The position numbers and the translations under genes are program-made. 64,000 nt of DNA, from contig JBDRPD010000054.1 in assembly GCA_043827405.1 (NCBI GenBank), positions 79,691-143,690 of the forward strand. Direction: 5' to 3'. The DNA is from Elusimicrobiota bacterium. Lineage in GTDB: Bacteria > Elusimicrobiota > Elusimicrobia > UBA1565. The stretch's first letter is position 1. Every line of letters starts with the position of its first letter. The notes below the pieces were generated by a model that worked only from the letters and a program-made list of their open reading frames with translations, made no database searches and was not told the origin of the DNA. Of the stretch, positions 56,520 to 64,000 are shown in pieces.

Positions 56520-57890
56520 CTACTCCCGCTTCCTTCTTTCCTTTCTGCTGAAGAATATTTCGAATCCGGTTTTCTTTTTTTGCCGTGCGGGCCGCGGTGC
56601 GTCGCTTTTTTTCTTCTTGTCGGGGCGCTCCTTCTTCTTTCCGGAGAATTCTGTTTTCGGATATCCCGGTTCGGCGGGATCGCGCGGCTTTCTTTTCCAC
56701 GGCTTCGTGAACGGTTTCGGCTTTCTGTCGTCGCGCTCGGGCTCGGGAGCTCCCGCCTCCTCGAACCCTTCAAGCTTCTCGCGCTGGAAGGGATTCTTGA
56801 TCTGCCGTTCGATCCGGGCGAGGCGCTGGCGCTCCAGCTTCGCTACCAGCGAAATCGCGCTGCCCTTATGTCCGGCGCGGCCGGTGCGGCCGATCCGGTT
56901 GATATAGTCGTCGGAGGTCCGCGGGAGCTCGTAATTAACCACATGCGGGAGCGAGTGAATATCCAGGCCGCGGGCGGCGATGTCGGTGGCGATTAGAATT
57001 TTGAATTTCCCGGCCTTGAACCTCTTTAGGGTTTGGGTGCGCAGCGACTGCGGTTTCCCGCTGTGGATTACGCGGGAGCTGAGCTTGCACTCCATGAGCT
57101 TGTCTTTGAGCGCGTCGGCGCCGGCTCTGGTCCGCGTGAAGATGAGGACCTGGCCCCAGGCTTGGGTTTTGCAGAGCTTCGCCAGCGCCTTGGGTTTGTC
57201 CTCGTGCGCCACGAAGTAGACGATGTGGGAAACCTCGTCGGGGGTCTGATTGCGTTCGCCGATCTGGATGCGCAAGGGGTTATTAAGGACCGCTTGTACG
57301 AGTTTTTCAATTTCATCCGTCGACGTCGCCGAGAACAGCAGGGTTTGCCGCTCGCGCGGCGCCCGCGCCAGGATTTTGTGAATATCGTGCACGAATCCCA
57401 TGTCGAGCATGCGGTCGGCTTCGTCGAGCACCAAGGTGCTCAGGTTCTGCAGCGAAATGCGGTCGCGGTTGAGGAGGTCGAGCAGCCGGCCCGGGGTGGC
57501 GATGATGATATCCACGCCGCGTTTGACCTCCTTGATCTGGCGCCTGAACGGCGTTCCGCCGGCGATGGTCGCGGATTTCAGCCGGAGATAGGCGCCGTAG
57601 GCCCGTACGCTGGCGCTGACTTGCGCGGCGAGCTCGCGGGTCGGCACAAGAATCAGCGCCCGCGTTTCGCGTTTCCCGGCTCTGGCGCCGCCGGCGTTAA
57701 TCTGGAGCAGGGGGAGGGCGAAGCTCGCGGTTTTCCCGGTTCCGGTATGGGCGCTGCCGTACACATCCCGGCCTTCTAAAATGGCGGGGATGGACTGCAG
57801 CTGGATCGGCGTGGGATACCGGTAGCCTTTATCCGCTACCGCCCGGCACAGCTCTGGGCACAAACCTAGGCCTGCGAATGAATTCTTGAT
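56520..57890 (-). CDS. DEAD-box RNA helicase (RhlE-like); start codon uncertain
   Basis: SF..LGL, PTPIQ, HTGTGKT, PTRELA, TPGRL, LDEADRMLDMGF, FSAT, ARGLD, RIGRTGRAG, basic tail. Confidence 0.93.
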   Translation of the reverse strand: MKNSFAGLGLCPELCRAVADKGYRYPTPIQLQSIPAILEGRDVYGSAHTGTGKTASFALPLLQINAGGARAGKRETRALILVPTRELAAQVSASVRAYGAYLRLKSATIAGGTPFRRQIKEVKRGVDIIIATPGRLLDLLNRDRISLQNLSTLVLDEADRMLDMGFVHDIHKILARAPRERQTLLFSATSTDEIEKLVQAVLNNPLRIQIGERNQTPDEVSHIVYFVAHEDKPKALAKLCKTQAWGQVLIFTRTRAGADALKDKLMECKLSSRVIHSGKPQSLRTQTLKRFKAGKFKILIATDIAARGLDIHSLPHVVNYELPRTSDDYINRIGRTGRAGHKGSAISLVAKLERQRLARIERQIKNPFQREKLEGFEEAGAPEPERDDRKPKPFTKPWKRKPRDPAEPGYPKTEFSGKKKERPDKKKKSDAPRPARQKKKTGFEIFFSRKERRKRE

Positions 57891-57930
57891 GCTATAAGCA
57901 TAGTACTTATGAGGGCGGGGAGAAGTCCGT

Positions 57931-58608
57931 TTAGAGCAGGTGGAATATATACTTTGAGGAGAGGTAGACCCCGACGCAGATAAAGACCACCCCGGTGATC
58001 CGTCGCGCCCACCATTCAAAACGCGTCAGGCTGTCAAACGCCGTCCCCAGCCGCTTAAGCCCAAAAGCCATTACCAACGAAAAACCGAGTACCGGCAGTC
58101 CTGTCCCTAGGCCGTAAAGGGCGGGCAATCCGACCGAGGAGTTCCATTTCGCGGCTAGCGGCAATAGGCTCCCGAAGAACAGCGCGGCGGATACCGGACA
58201 AAACGACAGGGCGAAGATCAGGCCCAATGGCGCCGCCGCCCATATGCCGTGGGAGTCCGCAAAGGACTGCAGGCGGGCGCCTAATCCTGTGCTCGGGAAG
58301 TCGATTCGGATGAGCTCAAGGAGTATCATGCCGACCAGCACCAAGATGGGCGCCAGGAGCTTGTTCATCTGGTTCTGGAGGAAAAAAGACACGGCGGGGA
58401 CGGACAGCGCCAGTGAAACCAAGATGACAGCAAGCCCCGCATAGGCGAGCATCCGGCCCAGGGTGTAGAGGAGGCCGGTCATGAAGACCTGTCGAGGCCG
58501 GCTGAACCGCTTGCTTATATACGAGATGGCCGCGATATTGGTCGCCAAAGGGCAGGGGCTGATCGAAGTCAGGATTCCCAGCCAGATCGCGGACATAATC
58601 TCCAGCAT
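57931..58608 (-). CDS. arsG: ArsG-family (DsbD/CcdA-like) membrane permease
   Basis: WLGILTSISPCPLATNIAAISY, YTLGR, FALSFCPVSAALFFG; start at ATG 58608. Confidence 0.8.
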   Translation of the reverse strand: MLEIMSAIWLGILTSISPCPLATNIAAISYISKRFSRPRQVFMTGLLYTLGRMLAYAGLAVILVSLALSVPAVSFFLQNQMNKLLAPILVLVGMILLELIRIDFPSTGLGARLQSFADSHGIWAAAPLGLIFALSFCPVSAALFFGSLLPLAAKWNSSVGLPALYGLGTGLPVLGFSLVMAFGLKRLGTAFDSLTRFEWWARRITGVVFICVGVYLSSKYIFHLL

Positions 58609-58613
58609 GCTCC

Positions 58614-59108
58614 CTACTTCTTGTCCGGCTTGAGGGTCGCTCTGACTTCGCTCTGCACGTATTCCGTAAAGGCTTCCTGATCTCCCACCAGCTGCCATAT
58701 TTGATCCAGATTCTTCCAGCGCAGCTGCTTCCCATCAGCCAGCACCGAGACGATCAGGGCCTTGGTAAATAACTGATAGTCCTTGATGAAATGCTGGTTC
58801 TTCTTTTCGTCGATGTTTACTGTGCGCCACTCAAGACTGCCGGTTTTAAGTTCCGTGGCAAAAGCGGCCTTCAAGGCTGCTTCTGAGTACGCCTCCAGCT
58901 TCTTGCAGGTATAGCAGCGGGCGGTCCCGTGGAAGTAATAGGCGATTACTCGCGGAGAGTCGGCCCTTTTAGTCACTGGCGGAGGTGTTTGGTCCTCTTT
59001 ATTCTGTTCCACTGGCCCCGGTTGCGAGAAAGATCGCGCCGTCAAATAGACGACGCTGCAGGTGACGAACAGCAGCAGTATCCCGGCTTGTACTTTCTTT
59101 GAACGCAT
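58614..59108 (-). CDS. arsF: ArsF-family thioredoxin-like membrane-anchored protein
   Basis: YYFHGTARCYTC, WKNLDQIW. Confidence 0.78.
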   Translation of the reverse strand: MRSKKVQAGILLLFVTCSVVYLTARSFSQPGPVEQNKEDQTPPPVTKRADSPRVIAYYFHGTARCYTCKKLEAYSEAALKAAFATELKTGSLEWRTVNIDEKKNQHFIKDYQLFTKALIVSVLADGKQLRWKNLDQIWQLVGDQEAFTEYVQSEVRATLKPDKK

Positions 59109-59174
59109 GACTTGCTCCTAAGAACCGCCGAGTTTCCCGGTCATCGGTGCCCTTGCGATTCCGTTTGGCGGATG

Positions 59175-59405
59175 TCAGCCGAGAATCTTTTTGATCTCGT
59201 CGCCGGATGGAACTTTCCCGACCACCTTCACTTTACCGTCGACGGCGAGCGCCGGGGTCATCATCACGCCGAATTTTGTGATCTCATTAATGTCGGTAAT
59301 CTTCTCAAGTTCGTATTCCAGGCCCAGCTCCTTGGCGGCGGACTCCGCGGCCTCGGCGAGCCTGTGGCATTTGGGACAACCCGTACCTAGTATCTGGATC
59401 TTCAT
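59175..59405 (-). CDS. arsE: Small redox-active disulfide protein (MTH895/ArsE family)
   Basis: IQILGTGCPKC, GVMMTPALAVDG. Confidence 0.85.
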   Translation of the reverse strand: MKIQILGTGCPKCHRLAEAAESAAKELGLEYELEKITDINEITKFGVMMTPALAVDGKVKVVGKVPSGDEIKKILG

Positions 59406-59419
59406 TGCGGCCTCCTGAT

Positions 59420-60718
59420 TTAGAATATGGCTCCGTAGAACATTCCCGAGACCGTCGCCATCACGATCACGAGAGAAACGAATACGACGGTCTTTTTCGT
59501 GCCCAGCACGCTGCGAATCACCAGCATGTTCGGCAGGGACAAGGCGGGACCGGCCAAGAGCAAGGCCAGGGCCGGGCCTTTACCCATCCCGTTGCCCATG
59601 AGCCCTTCAAGTATGGGCACCTCGGTAAGCGTGGCGAAGTACATGAATGCACCGGCCACTGAGGCGAAAAGGTTGGCCCAAAAGGAGTTGCCGCCGACCG
59701 CGCGATGGACCCATGCAGCGGGAATCAGGCCCTCGTGCCCCGGCCGGCCGAGCAGGAGTCCCGCTACGAGGACCCCCGCCAGCAGGAGGGGGAGAATCTG
59801 CTTGGCGAATCCCCAAGACTGTGCGAACCAGTCCTGGGTCTCGCCGCTGGTGGTGCTGGTGATGGCGGAAAGCCCGATTATCCCCGAGGCGAATGCGATC
59901 ATGGGCTCGTGGGGAAAGGCCAAAGCCAGCACAACGGTCGGAACCGCGGCAGCCAGTATCTTCCACCAGGGAAGTCCAAACCATCGGGCCAGGATAACTC
60001 CCAATGCGGCGGACAGGACAGCTGTCACCAGCCACTTGCCTGAATAAATCGCGTACCACAACCCGACGGCTTCAACCGGCTTCCCCCAGTTGGCAAAGAC
60101 CAGGATGGCGACCATCACTGCGAAGTAGACTGCGTTCTGCCACAGGGGACGGACGACTTCGGGTTCCGGCATAACCATTTGCGCCGCGGCTTTTTCGAGC
60201 TCTTCCTTGCGGAAAATCAGATGCATGAGTAGACCGATGACTATGCTGAAGATGATCGCGCCCACGGCGCGCGCGATTCCCATCTCCAGCCCCAGCACTC
60301 GTGCGGTGAGGACAATGGCCAGCACATTTATCGCGGGGCCTGAATAAAGGAAAGTCGTCGCTGGTCCCAGGCCCGCCCCCATGCGGTAGATGCCGGCGAA
60401 TAAGGGAAGTACGGTGCAGGAGCAGACCGCCAGGATGGTCCCCGAGACCGAGGCGACCCCGTAGGCCAAGACTTTGTTTGCCTTGGCGCCCAGGTACTTC
60501 ATGACCGACGCCTCGCTGACGAATACCGCGATGGCGCCCGCGATGAAGAATGCCGGCAGCAGGCACAGGATCACGTGCTCCCTGGCGTACCACTTGACCA
60601 GGAGCAGGGCCTCGATCATCGCGGTGTCGAAGCGGGGAGCTCCAACGGGCAGATAAAAGCACGCAAGAAAGACCGCGCTGATCGCGGCCAACGGTTTCCA
60701 TTCTTCTTTCCAGTTCAT
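59420..60718 (-). CDS. arsP: ArsP/DUF318 permease
   Basis: HVILCLLPAFFIAGAI, AVCSCTVLPLF, FLYSGPAIN, MYFATLTEVP, GPALSLP. Confidence 0.88.
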   Translation of the reverse strand: MNWKEEWKPLAAISAVFLACFYLPVGAPRFDTAMIEALLLVKWYAREHVILCLLPAFFIAGAIAVFVSEASVMKYLGAKANKVLAYGVASVSGTILAVCSCTVLPLFAGIYRMGAGLGPATTFLYSGPAINVLAIVLTARVLGLEMGIARAVGAIIFSIVIGLLMHLIFRKEELEKAAAQMVMPEPEVVRPLWQNAVYFAVMVAILVFANWGKPVEAVGLWYAIYSGKWLVTAVLSAALGVILARWFGLPWWKILAAAVPTVVLALAFPHEPMIAFASGIIGLSAITSTTSGETQDWFAQSWGFAKQILPLLLAGVLVAGLLLGRPGHEGLIPAAWVHRAVGGNSFWANLFASVAGAFMYFATLTEVPILEGLMGNGMGKGPALALLLAGPALSLPNMLVIRSVLGTKKTVVFVSLVIVMATVSGMFYGAIF

Positions 60719-60728
60719 TCTCTCGGTC

Positions 60729-61049
60729 CTACCGCATCAACAGCAGGTGCTGTTTCGCCGCGGACTTCAGCACCGCCTCGACACAGGAGAAGAACTTCAT
60801 AACGCATGGGGTCAGGAGGCTGTAGAATACCTGGGTCCCGCGTTTTTCATCCCGCACGATCCCCGCGTTCTTGAGGATGGAGAGGTGTTTGGAGACCGTG
60901 GAGATATCGGCGCCGATGGACTTGGTCAGCGCCTGGACACAGCGTTCTTCGCGGCAGAGTTCATCCACAATGAAGAGCCGTGTGGGGTGGGCCATCGCCT
61001 TGACGACTTTGGCGCGCGCTGCGTATTTCGCCTGCGATTTGGGGTCCAT
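60729..61049 (-). CDS. arsR: ArsR/SmtB family transcriptional repressor
   Basis: KAMAHPTRL, ERCV, STVSKHLSILKNAGIV, KRG..VFYSL, C-terminal C......C. Confidence 0.92.
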   Translation of the reverse strand: MDPKSQAKYAARAKVVKAMAHPTRLFIVDELCREERCVQALTKSIGADISTVSKHLSILKNAGIVRDEKRGTQVFYSLLTPCVMKFFSCVEAVLKSAAKQHLLLMR

Positions 61050-61071
61050 GATGGGGCCTCGGGCTGCCTAA

Positions 61072-61108
61072 TATTGGTAATTATGCCAAATAGCCAAGGA
61101 ACTGTCAA
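61072..61108 (-). promoter_or_regulatory. Sigma70 promoter and overlapping ArsR-type operator
   Basis: TTGACA (61108-61103), 17 bp, CATAAT (61085-61080); imperfect inverted repeat TATTGG-TAATTATG-CCAAATA over the -10. Confidence 0.7.
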
Positions 61109-61281
61109 ATCGGGAAGGTCCTGCATGGTGGGCAGCGTCCGGGACGGCGCGCGAAGTTCCTAGGAGTTCGGGTTTTCTGAAAAAATGTTGCCCGTCGTTG
61201 ACGATTATCGAACTGACGGCGGTGCCGGGGAAAAATGAGGGAACCAATCGCAGGGGGCAATCGTATGTAGGGGTGGGTTTT

Positions 61282-61803
61282 ATGAAACGTGAGACTTTCC
61301 AGGATGTCGTTGGTATCGAGCGCCGCATTTATCTCCTGCGCGGTCAAAAGGTCATGCTGGATCGGGACTTGGCGGAGATGTATGGTGTCTCAACCAAGCG
61401 GCTTAATGAGCAAGTCAAGCGCAACCCGAAGAGGTTTCCTGCGGATTTTATGTTCCAGTTGAACAAGAAGGAGTTGGCTGATTGGAGGTCGCGAATCGCG
61501 ACATCCAATCCAGGTGCAAAGATGGGCATCAGGAGGCTGCCCTACGCATTTACGGAACAGGGCGTGGCTATGCTTTCCAGTGTCCTCAACAGCGAGCGGG
61601 CTATCCTGGTCAACGTCCAGATCATGAGAACCTTTGTGCGCCTGAGACAGATGCTGACTTCCAACAAGGAACTCGCCCACAGGCTCAATAAGCTGGAGAA
61701 GAAATACGACTCCCAATTCAGGGTGGTCTTCGACGCAATTCGGGAACTGATGGCTCCGTCTGAATCCCCTCGCAAGGCCATCGGATTTCAACTGGGCAGT
61801 TAA
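61282..61803 (+). CDS. ORF6N-domain (KilA-N-like) DNA-binding protein, copy 1
   Basis: IERRIYLLRGQKVMLDRDLAEMYGV, RFPADFMFQL, PYAFTEQGVAMLSSVLNS, IGF end. Confidence 0.92.
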   Translation: MKRETFQDVVGIERRIYLLRGQKVMLDRDLAEMYGVSTKRLNEQVKRNPKRFPADFMFQLNKKELADWRSRIATSNPGAKMGIRRLPYAFTEQGVAMLSSVLNSERAILVNVQIMRTFVRLRQMLTSNKELAHRLNKLEKKYDSQFRVVFDAIRELMAPSESPRKAIGFQLGS

Positions 61804-62032
61804 GCACAATCGTCCGTCCTTTTACTCAAGATTCTCGTAGGGGTGGATGCCCCGAAAGATCGAAGGCCCTCTAACTGAAGGGCTTTTGCGCTGTTCACCT
61901 GTGATAATGAGTCTAGGAAGTGGTTGGCCCTAACCGACAATATTAGAACCGGGCTAAAAGAGGGAGTGCAGGAAATTCCAGCACTTTTCGCTGGTTCCGC
62001 CGGACCCCAATAGGATGGTGCTCGAACCGGGA

Positions 62033-62551
62033 TTAGCCGGGCTTAAACCCGATCCTGCGCGGCGGCTCATCACCGGGCTCCATCAGGTCTCTGATTGCGT
62101 CAAACAGAAGACCGATTTTCTCATCGTGGTTCCCGACCCGCTTTTCCAAGTCTTTCAGTTTCCGCGCCAGTTCTTTGTGGGCGCCTATTATGCGTCTGAG
62201 CCGGACGAAGGCTCGGGCGATTTGAACACTCGCACGAACGGCGATAGGCGTATTGAGAACGCTGGCAAGCATTACAGCGCCGTGTTCCGTGAAAACATAG
62301 GGGCGGTATCGACGACCGCCACGGCCTATTTTTGAGGTTGCAAATTGCAACCTCAAAGATTGGACCTCATTTGCGTATAGCTGGAACCTAAAGTCCGAAG
62401 GGAAACGGGCACTGTTTCGTCCCGCTTGTTGATTCAGGCGTTTGGTTGAGACGCCGTAAATATCCGCCAGGTCTTCATCCAGCATGACGCGATGGCCCCG
62501 GATCAGCAGGATACGCCGCTCAATCGTCTCCGGCCCGACAGGCAGTCCCAT
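62033..62551 (-). CDS. ORF6N-domain DNA-binding protein, copy 2
   Basis: IERRILLIRGHRVMLDEDLADIYGV, RFPSDFRFQL, PYVFTEHGAVMLASVLN, RIGF end. Confidence 0.92.
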   Translation of the reverse strand: MGLPVGPETIERRILLIRGHRVMLDEDLADIYGVSTKRLNQQAGRNSARFPSDFRFQLYANEVQSLRLQFATSKIGRGGRRYRPYVFTEHGAVMLASVLNTPIAVRASVQIARAFVRLRRIIGAHKELARKLKDLEKRVGNHDEKIGLLFDAIRDLMEPGDEPPRRIGFKPG

Positions 62552-62829
62552 ACTACTTATACGAATAAGACCCGTAAATGGTTCCCAAGATTTGCGTAAC
62601 GGACGAAGAAAAGGCCATCCCCATGGAGGGCCTTCGTGCGTTTAGATTTTTTAAGTGTTCTTCGGACTGCTGAAATGGTTGCCGTTATTGGAGGATGTTC
62701 GTAACTGGTTCACCGAAAAATTGCCGCATGTCGCCGACGCCATCCCCATACACCTGCTCTACGAAGACCTCAACGTAGCCTATCCTATACGCCGGCCCCG
62801 CGCGGTCCCCGGCACCGCAGGAGGCCTCC

Positions 62830-63741
62830 ATGGAAACTAAGCTTCGGCTATCCCCCTATGAGACGGAGGCCCGCCTCCCGGACTTTCTGCGATATCTGGA
62901 GGTTGAGCGCCGGGTCTCGGCCAATACCGTCCTGACCTATCGCTATTCCCTGCGCGGCTATCTGCGGCACCTGGAAATTGGCGGGACCCAGCCCGCCCAG
63001 ATGACCCGCGAGACGGTCCTGGCCTATCTCGACGACCCAAAGCGCCGTAGCCTGACGCCCAGCACCCGGCACCAGGCCGTCTTCGCCATCCGGCTCTATC
63101 ACAGGTTCCTGCGCCTCAAGGGCTACGCGGAGACCGACCCCACGGCGAACATCCCCCTGCCCAGGGTAGACCACAGGCTGCCTCAGCCCCTTACCGTAGC
63201 GGAGGTGGAGAAGTTCCTGGCCGCGCCCAAGGGCTCTAAGTTCATACACATCCGCAACCGGGCGATCCTGGAGCTGCTCTATGCCACAGGCCTTCGCATC
63301 AGCGAACTCACCGGGCTCCAGGCCAGCCAGACGGACCTAAAGGCCGGCTACCTACGCGTAAGGGGGAAGGGCGGCAAGGAGCGGATCGTGCCCTTCGGCG
63401 GCCGGGCCCGCAAAGCCGTCCGAGGCTACCTCGCTGCCAGGAAGAAGAAGTTCCCAGGCGTGGCGGAACCGATGTTTCTGAACATCCACGGCCATGGGTT
63501 GACGCGGGGCAACCTGTGGCAGCAGCTCAAGGACTACGCCCGCCGCGCCGGGATCACCCGGAGGGTCTCGCCGCACGTGATTCGCCACAGCTTCGCCACG
63601 CATATGCTCTCCGGCGGGGCGGACCTGCGCGCTATCCAGGAGATGCTGGGCCACCGCCGAATCACGACCACAGAAATTTATACCCATGTGGAGCCCGACC
63701 ACCTGCGTCGCGTCTGGGACCGGGCTCATCCCCTGAGATAA
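62830..63741 (+). CDS. XerD-like tyrosine recombinase
   Basis: AGGAGG RBS; LLYATGLRISEL, GKGGKER, SPHVIRHSFATH, MLGH, TTEIYTHV (R-K-H-R-H-Y intact). Confidence 0.93.
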   Translation: METKLRLSPYETEARLPDFLRYLEVERRVSANTVLTYRYSLRGYLRHLEIGGTQPAQMTRETVLAYLDDPKRRSLTPSTRHQAVFAIRLYHRFLRLKGYAETDPTANIPLPRVDHRLPQPLTVAEVEKFLAAPKGSKFIHIRNRAILELLYATGLRISELTGLQASQTDLKAGYLRVRGKGGKERIVPFGGRARKAVRGYLAARKKKFPGVAEPMFLNIHGHGLTRGNLWQQLKDYARRAGITRRVSPHVIRHSFATHMLSGGADLRAIQEMLGHRRITTTEIYTHVEPDHLRRVWDRAHPLR

Positions 63742-63796
63742 TCAGGGTTCTTTCCTCTCGATTCGACCTGGGCTCTCGTATAGACTATCGACGAGG

Positions 63797-64000
63797 ATGA
63801 ACCATTACCGCATACCCGTCTATCAGGTCCGCTTGGTCCGCCACGCCCGCCACCGTGTGGCCAGCATGGAGATCAAGGAGCCCAGGACGGCCGTCTACGT
63901 GCTCAGAAGCTACCTCAAGGGTGTGGACCGCGAGCACGTGGTTGTCATCCTCTTGGACGCCGGGAACGCGATTATCGGGATCAACACCGTGTCGGTGGGC
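63797..64000 (+). CDS. RadC/JAB domain protein (3' partial)
   Basis: My translation: MNHYRIPVYQVRLVR...YLKGVDREHVVVILLDAGNAIIGINTVSVG, running off the window. Confidence 0.85.
   Translation, partial: MNHYRIPVYQVRLVRHARHRVASMEIKEPRTAVYVLRSYLKGVDREHVVVILLDAGNAIIGINTVSVG

Larger units (their letters stand above)
61182..64000. mobile_element. Left part of a genomic island / integration hotspot (continues past the window)
   Basis: Visibly lower GC, three attachment-like motifs, two ORF6N genes, tyrosine recombinase, RadC/JAB gene. Confidence 0.65.

Noticed and set aside
62655..62840. 61-aa ORF as an independent gene, or an intact tRNA on the opposite strand
   Set aside because: Better explained as an integrase C-terminal/att remnant; only the CAACCA end is tRNA-like and I could not fold a cloverleaf.
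62830..63741. Assigning the housekeeping symbol xerD, or calling it an integron integrase
   Set aside because: The mobile context makes orthology uncertain, and it lacks the IntI-specific insertion before the HxxRH box.

Overview
GC-rich chromosomal window from a Gram-negative bacterium. The host is shown by a lipid A acyltransferase, TolC/RND, an ECF sigma factor, a peptidoglycan amidase and CspA. Elusimicrobiota is a tentative guess from recalled protein families. The centrepiece is a tightly coupled 10-gene operon (17028-25903) encoding the complete lower 'archaeal' (Aeropyrum-type) mevalonate pathway: type 2 IPP isomerase, class II HMG-CoA reductase, mevalonate kinase, UbiX, UbiD-family anhydromevalonate-phosphate decarboxylase, both aconitase-X subunits of phosphomevalonate dehydratase, and isopentenyl-phosphate kinase. 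Two unexplained genes are appended to it, a Pro1 double-domain tautomerase and an Ap4A phosphorylase. The rest is housekeeping and accessory genes (gpmI, glpK, mdh, proC, a flavoprotein amine-oxidoreductase pair, transporters, signalling proteins, secreted hypotheticals), a decayed IS/HTH patch at about 27.2-27.9 kb and an arsR-arsP-arsEFG operon. At the right end is the edge of a mobile region with three degenerate attachment-like motifs, two ORF6N genes, a XerD-like recombinase and a RadC/JAB gene. No rRNA, intact tRNA or CRISPR array was seen. All calls are from motif reading only; no database search was run.
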